Source: a bacterium (GTDB lineage Bacteria > Cyanobacteriota > Vampirovibrionia > Gastranaerophilales > JBAXKC01). From it: a stretch of 17,699 bases of DNA. This document shows, piece by piece, positions 1 through 6,257 of this stretch; the first letter of the stretch is position 1, and the number at the start of each line of letters is the position of its first letter. The stretch covers positions 1 through 17,699 of the forward strand of contig JBAXKC010000047.1 of NCBI GenBank assembly GCA_037137535.1. The letters run 5' to 3'. The notes under the pieces were generated by a model. That model searched no databases. It had not been told where the DNA came from and saw only the letters and a list, made by a program, of their open reading frames with translations. Made by a program: the position numbers and the translations under genes.

Positions 1-53
1 AATAGCAATGATAAGGGTTACCGTTAAAAAATGTTTTTAACCAAACAGCTTCT

Positions 54-237
54 AAAAAGGAAGTAAAAACAAAAACATATTAGTTCTTGACCGCTACAGG
101 CTTCTTTTTTATCTATTGAGTTCTTTTGCACAAAATGATTTTCGAGAAAATAAGTAAACCACTCGTTAGGGGTGGGGTGAATTTATTACAAATAGCTAAA
201 GATTATTTATAATAAAAAACTCCTCTAAAAAGAGTAA
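54..237 (+). repeat. Dispersed intergenic repeat, arm A, copy 1
   Basis: 61-110 aligns ungapped to 14831-14880 at 43/50 identities (aag.aaaaacaaaaacat....gttcttgaccgctac.gg.ttctttttt). Similarity continues through gagaaaa-aag.aaacc and ggtgggg and, more weakly, to the aaaagag end motif near 228-234. Confidence 0.85.
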
Positions 238-314
238 TCAAATTAAAGTCATGTTTGTTAAGATTATTTCTACTAGATTTATAATTTATATTAATAGATA
301 TATCGAGAATTATC

Positions 315-1142
315 ATGGTCTTTAGGTTTTTTGGCAGATTATTTCTTTTAGGAATACTTATAATTTTATTTTTATGTGGTTCAATGGCGCTTGGTTATGA
401 TCAGAAAATAAAAGATTTTGTTTTGAGCCTTGTAGATGCGAGTTATAATCCACTTCCGACAGACAAACAGACCTTTGATAAAGCAATGAATATAGCGGAT
501 GTGTCAAGGCTTCCGAAAACTTATAAAATTACCCGAGCCGTTGATTTTATGGGGGTAAAGGCTTTAGTTGCAGATAATCTTGCTAATGACCAGAAAGTTG
601 CTTATATAGACGGAATGATGGCGGGCGGAATTACTAAAGAAGATATTTTATCGAATAATCTTCAAGGTAAACTTAAAAATATTCTTACAAAAGCCAATAA
701 TCCACTTTTTAAGGTACAAGACGTTGCGGTGCGTGAAGTTGGGATGTTTAACGCATTAGATCAGTATGTTCCTTATGCAAAAGTTGCGATAAAAACAGCG
801 GGCAAGGACAATAAAAATTATGAGGGAATTATCGGAGCTGTAAAAGATGATAACTCTAATGGGTTTATTCTTTCTGTCAATGACGAGGGAAAGTATAATC
901 AAAAAGTGGCAGAGGATTTTTATAAAGATTTGCGAGTTGGTAAAGATATAAATTCAAGTAATCCTAATCAATCATCAGGAAATCAGACCATCGTAAAATT
1001 ACCGCCAATTGCCAATACTACTTTAAAACAACTGCCATCGGTAAATGGAATTAATCCGCTTTCTGTTCCTAGACAGCAAATTACTAACAATTATAATACA
1101 ACTCAAAATCCTCAAGTTCCTATAAAATGTATTTGCAAATAA
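315..1142 (+). CDS. Hypothetical exported protein (signal peptide/N-terminal TM; Asn/Pro/Gln-rich C-terminal tail)
   Basis: 275-aa ORF. Basic N-terminus and hydrophobic stretch (LFLLGILIILFLCG-SMALG), then a soluble domain and a low-complexity tail ending IKCICK. Confidence 0.8.
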   Translation: MVFRFFGRLFLLGILIILFLCGSMALGYDQKIKDFVLSLVDASYNPLPTDKQTFDKAMNIADVSRLPKTYKITRAVDFMGVKALVADNLANDQKVAYIDGMMAGGITKEDILSNNLQGKLKNILTKANNPLFKVQDVAVREVGMFNALDQYVPYAKVAIKTAGKDNKNYEGIIGAVKDDNSNGFILSVNDEGKYNQKVAEDFYKDLRVGKDINSSNPNQSSGNQTIVKLPPIANTTLKQLPSVNGINPLSVPRQQITNNYNTTQNPQVPIKCICK

Positions 1143-1325
1143 AAATCTTTCATGTGTGAAATAAATAAAACATAACCGTTTTCGCAAAAGAAAAAATCAA
1201 AGAACCATTCCAAACTAGCAACTGCCTTTCTTTCTCAAGAATGAGTTTGTGTAAAACAGCTCAAGAATAAGAAAATAAGCTGGTAGCAATCAAGAATTAC
1301 CATGTTTTTTTGTTTTTGCTCTCTT
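1143..1325 (-). repeat. Dispersed intergenic repeat, arm A, copy 2 (inverted)
   Basis: Reverse complement reads agcaaaaacaaaaaaacatggtaattcttgattgctaccagc...ttgagctgttttacacaaa...cttgagaaag...ttttgcgaaa. It has a 19-nt exact match (1246-1264 rc) to 14887-14905. The alignable core is about 1174-1325. Confidence 0.85.
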
Positions 1326-1415
1326 TTTATTTTTTGAAAAATAAAAAGAGAGGCGATGGCTTTAGACATCGAAATCATAAAGCAACGTAGATAATCAAAA
1401 GGTGAAAACAATTTC
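1319..1415 (+). repeat. Dispersed intergenic repeat, arm B, copy 1 (long palindrome + cgatg-N8-catcg hairpin)
   Basis: Near-perfect palindrome ctctctttttattttt-tg-aaaaataaaaagagag (1319-1352), then cgatggctttagacatcgaaa..agcaacg.ag..aat...aggt.aaaaca. Matches the reverse complement of 17553-17647. Confidence 0.85.
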
Positions 1416-1550
1416 AGTATTTACGGTTTTTTGTTTAGAAATAAGCTTGTAAATTTACTGTAACATGATCCTGAAACATGGCAATAAGCCTAAATTTTTA
1501 GTTTTTAATATTATATATTGGGATGAAATCGTTGTTTAGAGGAATGTAAA

Positions 1551-3794
1551 ATGTCTATAATTAACACCTTAGGGTCAGTTGTAAGACAAACGCCAAAATA
1601 TAAAAAATGGGAAGAAGGCCAGCAGGACAAAGAAGCAAAACGTGCTTATTTAGCTGAAAATACGCCTATTTTACCGAATGATTTAAAAGAAGCCGACAAA
1701 TTCGGCAGAACAGTTATAAATGCTATTAACGTAATGGACGAAAAGTCCGAAGATGCTGCTACTAAGACAGAAACAACAAATAATGTAATTATCGGCATAG
1801 CGGCTGAAACTGTAATGCTACCAATATCTATGGTTTTATCATTAAGTGCTGTTGGTGGCAGTCAAATTAAATTAGCAAAAAACAGTTTAATTGTTTCCGC
1901 TATTACAGTTCCTTTACTTATACTTGGTAAAGCATGGGGAACTTCAAGAGAAGTTTTAGCTTCTAAAATTGCTCGTGAAAAAGCAAGAGAAACAGAATTA
2001 AAAGATCCTAAGAACTTTGTAATTTATAATGATGCTCAAATTGAAGCAGCTAGAAAAAAAGCTGATTCAAAACCAATAATAAAAGAAACTATTAAATTCC
2101 CTAATGTTCTTAGCTTAAAAGAAGCGGTTACCAATCTTATAAATCATTCTAAAGACAAAAGGGCTTATGAAATAAATGCTCGTAAGAGAGCCGTTGAGGA
2201 TGAAGCGGAAGAAAAGGCTTTAAAGTCAATAAAGGCAACTCCTGAACAACTTGCTAAAGCTGAAAAAACACAAGAAACAGTATTAAGACTTACAAAAACC
2301 ATTAATAATAAAGCTGAAGATTATTCTGAAAATATTGAATCTGCAACAGGTGCAGGTATTGCTCTTGCTTCTACTGTATTGGCAGGGGTTTCCCTTGCGG
2401 TGGGAGGTATTAATGCATTTATGAATAAAGGTAATTTAAATAATAAAAAGATAGCACAATCTTTTCTTATTGGTGGTGGTACATTCCTTGCAGGGCTTAT
2501 TGGTGAAGCTGCTATTGCTCAAAATATGAAGTTAAATGCTGCAAAAGTAGGAAGATTTAAAGTTAAACAGGAATTATTGTCTGATCCTAAAAACTTTGTG
2601 TCCTTTACTGATAATGAAATTAATTCAGCAGGCGATATAAAAGCTCCTAAAGAGAAAAAAGCAGGATTCTTCAAAGATTTATTCAGTGATTTAAACTTCT
2701 TATGGCAATCAAGAAAAGATTTTAAAGCCTATAATGAATACAAAAAACATAATCTTCCGAAAGATAAAGCGTTCATGGAAGAATTGACAAAAAGCGAAGT
2801 AAGCAAAGAGCAATTAGCTAAGGCTAAAAACCTACAACATAAATTATTCAACGTATTTGAACGTATTGACGATAAATCTCAAGAATATTCTGAAGATGTT
2901 GAATTTGCGACAGAAGCCATTAGATCAATGAAAGACTTCGTTCCTATTATAACAGGTGCTATTGGTGCAGGAGCAGCCGCACTTTTAGTAAAAACCAAAA
3001 TAGTTACTCCAGAAAAAGCTTCAAATTTAATTGCTAATGTTTTCTTTAAAAAGAATGGAGCTGCAAAAGAAATAATACAAGACGGAATTCATACATTAGG
3101 TCAAATTAATAAAAACTCTATTTTAAAAGATCAATTAAATGAAAAAATAGTACAAAATAGCTTTAATAAAGAAGGTGCAAAAAACATTTTCCACTGGCTT
3201 GGCATTAAACTTAATATAGCAAAACCTCTTAAATATACTGAAGCTGAAATGGAACAGATTATTCATGAAGGTAAAGCTCTCACTAATCAAATGAACAACA
3301 TTGAAGAAACTCCTCAATTATTTGCAAAATTAATTGAAAATGCAAGTGATAAAATACATAATGATAAAGATGCACTTGCTGCTTGGGATAAACTTGGTGA
3401 TAGTTTAGCAAAACAAGTAGATGAAAACAGCATGATAGGAAAACTAACAAAGAATATTTTAAAAGATGTTGAGAAAATAAATGAATTAGCTAGAGAGGAT
3501 AAAAATGCACTTTGGAATCCTTTCAACTATAAATGGATTGCAGGAACAGCGGCAGCTGCAGGCACAACTCTTTTAGCCGGAGTGGTAGCACCGTTTATTG
3601 CAGTTAATTTTGCTATCAACTACGCAATAGAATCCTTCTTCACTTCCATTCAGAAAACCGCAGGTAAAATCGGGGTTATGGAAGCTATTAACGGACTTGA
3701 TGACCCAAGAGCATTTGTTGACGAAAGCGATATAACCAAAGAACAAAAAAACGACATGAATTCATTTATGAAAAAATTAAATAAAGCTCATTAA
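1551..3794 (+). CDS. Hypothetical membrane protein with three internal repeats (helix + hydrophobic hairpin + DP[KR]xFV)
   Basis: 747 aa with RBS gagga. Repeated motifs DEKSEDAATKTE / NNKAEDYSENIE / DDKSQEYSEDVE and ELKDPKNFV / LLSDPKNFV / GLDDPRAFV flank Gly/Ala-rich hydrophobic segments. Confidence 0.9.
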   Translation: MSIINTLGSVVRQTPKYKKWEEGQQDKEAKRAYLAENTPILPNDLKEADKFGRTVINAINVMDEKSEDAATKTETTNNVIIGIAAETVMLPISMVLSLSAVGGSQIKLAKNSLIVSAITVPLLILGKAWGTSREVLASKIAREKARETELKDPKNFVIYNDAQIEAARKKADSKPIIKETIKFPNVLSLKEAVTNLINHSKDKRAYEINARKRAVEDEAEEKALKSIKATPEQLAKAEKTQETVLRLTKTINNKAEDYSENIESATGAGIALASTVLAGVSLAVGGINAFMNKGNLNNKKIAQSFLIGGGTFLAGLIGEAAIAQNMKLNAAKVGRFKVKQELLSDPKNFVSFTDNEINSAGDIKAPKEKKAGFFKDLFSDLNFLWQSRKDFKAYNEYKKHNLPKDKAFMEELTKSEVSKEQLAKAKNLQHKLFNVFERIDDKSQEYSEDVEFATEAIRSMKDFVPIITGAIGAGAAALLVKTKIVTPEKASNLIANVFFKKNGAAKEIIQDGIHTLGQINKNSILKDQLNEKIVQNSFNKEGAKNIFHWLGIKLNIAKPLKYTEAEMEQIIHEGKALTNQMNNIEETPQLFAKLIENASDKIHNDKDALAAWDKLGDSLAKQVDENSMIGKLTKNILKDVEKINELAREDKNALWNPFNYKWIAGTAAAAGTTLLAGVVAPFIAVNFAINYAIESFFTSIQKTAGKIGVMEAINGLDDPRAFVDESDITKEQKNDMNSFMKKLNKAH

Positions 3795-3814
3795 ATAAAA
3801 CAATAATAGACTTT

Positions 3815-3852
3815 TAGGGTATTTAACAATTTTAGTTAAATACCCTACTTTT
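3815..3852 (+). terminator. Intrinsic terminator-like hairpin
   Basis: 13-bp perfect stem tagggtatttaac-aatttta-gttaaatacccta followed by ctttt, 20 nt after the stop of 1551..3794. Confidence 0.75.
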
Positions 3853-3915
3853 GCTATCAATTATAATGATTTTATGTTTTTATATAGTCATAAAATATCA
3901 AAATTGGAGTAACTT

Positions 3916-5118
3916 ATGACTATAAATTTAAATACAAATATACTAACTTTTAATAAACAGAATAAACCACTAAAAACAGTTAATCAAAATTCTTTATATA
4001 ATATTAAATTATTAAAAAACGATTCTGTGAGTTTTTCGGCAAATAAAAATATTAATGCAGCTGAAAAAGAATATCAGGCAAATATTTTAAAAGTAGCAAA
4101 TGCGCTTAAAAATGCTAAAAATGTCGCTATTTTAACTCATAAATCACCGGATGGAGATGCTATTTCTTCTTCCGCAGCTGCATTAAATCTAATAAAAAGA
4201 CTCCCTAATATTGAAAATGTGTCGGCCTTTATATCAGGTGAAACACCTTCTCAATACAGTTTTTTAGAAGATACAAAAGATTTTATAAACATAAAGAATA
4301 AAAGCGATACAAAAAAATATTTAGGAAAATTTGATACGGTTATAACCGTTGATTGCCCATCAACAAATCAATTAGGTGATTCTACGGATATTTTGAATAG
4401 TGCAAAAACTATATTAAAAGTAGATCATCACCCATCAAGGGAAAACTATGCAGACATAGAAGCCGTAAATGATAAGGCAGCATCAGCGACAGAAGTGCTT
4501 CTTGACCTCACAAAAGCTCTTAATGTAAAGATAGAAAATGAACCAATGCTTGCTAAAGACCTTTATACAGGTTTAATGACCGATACAGGCGGATTAAAGT
4601 TTATGAAAGATCCACAACATACCTTTATGACCTGTGCGGAGATTTCAAAATCGGGTATTGATGTTGAAGCTATACACAGAAAAGCTATTGAATTTATGCC
4701 AAAAGCTGTTATTCCTATATACAAAAAGATTGTAAACAGCTTAACCTTTAGCCCTGACGGCAAAATAGCCTACATTACAGCTGATGCCAAAGATCCTGAT
4801 TTTAGGGCGGATGCTTCTTCTTCTAAAAATGTTTTTAAATCACTAATAAGTCAATTCTTATCTATTGAAGGTGTTGAGGTTGGAGCTTCTTTAACAAAAT
4901 GCTATGAAAATGAAAACTCAAAGGATAAACTGACAAGTATCAGTCTAAGAAGTAATCGTATCAAGATTTCAGACATTGCAGAAGCAAATAATGGCGGTGG
5001 ACACGACAAAGCGGCAGGTTGTGCCATGAATAAATCCGTTGAAGACACAATGAAAAGTTTAACTAAGACGATTACAGGAAAAATCAAAGCAGAAGAGGCT
5101 AAAAAATCGAACGCTTAA
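3916..5118 (+). CDS. nrnA: DHH/DHHA1 family phosphoesterase (NrnA-like oligoribonuclease/pAp phosphatase) with N-terminal extension
   Basis: Motifs THKSPDGDA (DxD), ITVDC, VDHH, SATE, LYTGLMTDTG, SLRS and GGGHDKAAG (DHHA1); RBS ggag. The family call is firm; orthology to nrnA is less certain. Confidence 0.88.
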   Translation: MTINLNTNILTFNKQNKPLKTVNQNSLYNIKLLKNDSVSFSANKNINAAEKEYQANILKVANALKNAKNVAILTHKSPDGDAISSSAAALNLIKRLPNIENVSAFISGETPSQYSFLEDTKDFINIKNKSDTKKYLGKFDTVITVDCPSTNQLGDSTDILNSAKTILKVDHHPSRENYADIEAVNDKAASATEVLLDLTKALNVKIENEPMLAKDLYTGLMTDTGGLKFMKDPQHTFMTCAEISKSGIDVEAIHRKAIEFMPKAVIPIYKKIVNSLTFSPDGKIAYITADAKDPDFRADASSSKNVFKSLISQFLSIEGVEVGASLTKCYENENSKDKLTSISLRSNRIKISDIAEANNGGGHDKAAGCAMNKSVEDTMKSLTKTITGKIKAEEAKKSNA

Positions 5119-5132
5119 GTGGATATTTTTAA

Positions 5133-5795
5133 ATGAATTTTAATGATCCGTTTATAATTTTAGCAAGTGTTTTTTTATTTTTATTAGTTATTATTTTGCT
5201 TATCTATGCTTTTCAAGCAAATCAGGAAAAAAATATTTCTGAAATTGATATAGAAACAATGCTTAAGTCTTGTGATATAAGTATTTTAGGAAAAGAAAGC
5301 AATTTTTATCATATTAAACCCGAAAAATCTAATTTATATATGAATTATACGGTTTTGGATGAAAATAAGCATAAATTTGCAGCGATTAATTGTATAAATA
5401 AATATAAAACACAGATAGAAAGCGAAAATTTAGTTATTACCGCATATATTCAAACAGGTTCGACTTATAAGGGAGAAGTCGGGGCAAAGTCCGATAAATC
5501 CATAGTTTTAAAAATTAATGATGAAGTTGTATTGGAAATTAGAAGAACAATGTCATTTAAAGAAGAAAAATATTTCTTTTCTTATGAAAATATGAATTAT
5601 CTTTTTAAAAAAAGCTTAATATCCGTAAAAATCCCTACGCAACTTTTATTATTAAATGAAAATCAGACTAATATTTGCGGGAAATCAAACCGCGTCGATT
5701 CCACAGGCTTTGCAAGAGATTATTGTGCTGTAACAACAAAAGATTTGCCTGATTTAGTTAAATATTGTTTACTTTATCTTATAATTTTAAAATAA
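5133..5795 (+). CDS. Membrane-anchored hypothetical protein, possibly tubby C-terminal/LURP-one/scramblase-like fold
   Basis: 220 aa, starting 14 nt after the DHH gene stop. N-terminal TM helix, beta-rich body (YTVLDENKHKFAAI; VVLEIRR; YFFSY) and a C-terminal hydrophobic helix (DLPDLVKYCLLYLIIL) typical of tubby-like barrels. Fold inferred by pattern only. Confidence 0.6.
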   Translation: MNFNDPFIILASVFLFLLVIILLIYAFQANQEKNISEIDIETMLKSCDISILGKESNFYHIKPEKSNLYMNYTVLDENKHKFAAINCINKYKTQIESENLVITAYIQTGSTYKGEVGAKSDKSIVLKINDEVVLEIRRTMSFKEEKYFFSYENMNYLFKKSLISVKIPTQLLLLNENQTNICGKSNRVDSTGFARDYCAVTTKDLPDLVKYCLLYLIILK

Positions 5796-5870
5796 GTTTA
5801 GAATAAAAATAAAAAGCATATCTCTCCCACTTAACCTTTGATACTTCAATTTTAAAAACTAAACCAATTA

Positions 5871-6077
5871 TTAAATTGTAGCTGAAACTTCATCCAACAT
5901 GAAAAGAGCACAATTGTGTATGGTTATTCCTTCATAACGCAAAACGGTAATTTCCTGTTTTAATGCAGAAATCAGCGGACAATCTCTACAATTCAAACAA
6001 CTGAAACAAACATCATCTGTTTCGGGAATTACCTCAAATCCTGTTTTCTCGTGATATTTTACGAACATAACTTTCAT
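5871..6077 (-). CDS. Small Cys-rich putative metal-binding protein
   Basis: 68 aa with C-x2-C-x2-C-x2-C-P and a distal Cys (CFSCLNCRDCP...HNC). Protein-like composition; fills an otherwise empty gap. Confidence 0.7.
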   Translation of the reverse strand: MKVMFVKYHEKTGFEVIPETDDVCFSCLNCRDCPLISALKQEITVLRYEGITIHNCALFMLDEVSATI

Positions 6078-6207
6078 ACCCCGTAATTTTAAAACATCAA
6101 GTGCCTATTAATAAAATAAGTCAGCAGAATTTTTTTTAAATCACCCTAAAGGGCAAAGTTAAAGCTATATTTATTATTAAACTCTTTCACTAACCATTTC
6201 AGAGTAC

Positions 6208-6236
6208 AAAAAAGAGCCGACGTTTTGTCGACTCTT
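6208..6236 (-). terminator. Intrinsic terminator
   Basis: Minus strand aagagtcgac-aaaac-gtcggctctt followed by a T-run, about 20 nt after the stop of 6258..9251. Confidence 0.8.
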
Positions 6237-6257
6237 AATTCTTGTTATGTTTATTGT

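Noticed and set aside
1125-1142. C-terminal KCICK as a eukaryotic prenylation motif
   Set aside because: Terminal Lys fits CaaX poorly and the protein has an ordinary Sec-type N-terminus; probably chance.
3135-3526. ORFs 3135..3317 and 3314..3526 (-)
   Set aside because: Antisense shadows inside the 747-aa gene with no independent coding signal.
4563-5087. ORFs 4563..4763 and 4902..5087 (-)
   Set aside because: Antisense to the conserved DHH/DHHA1 coding region.
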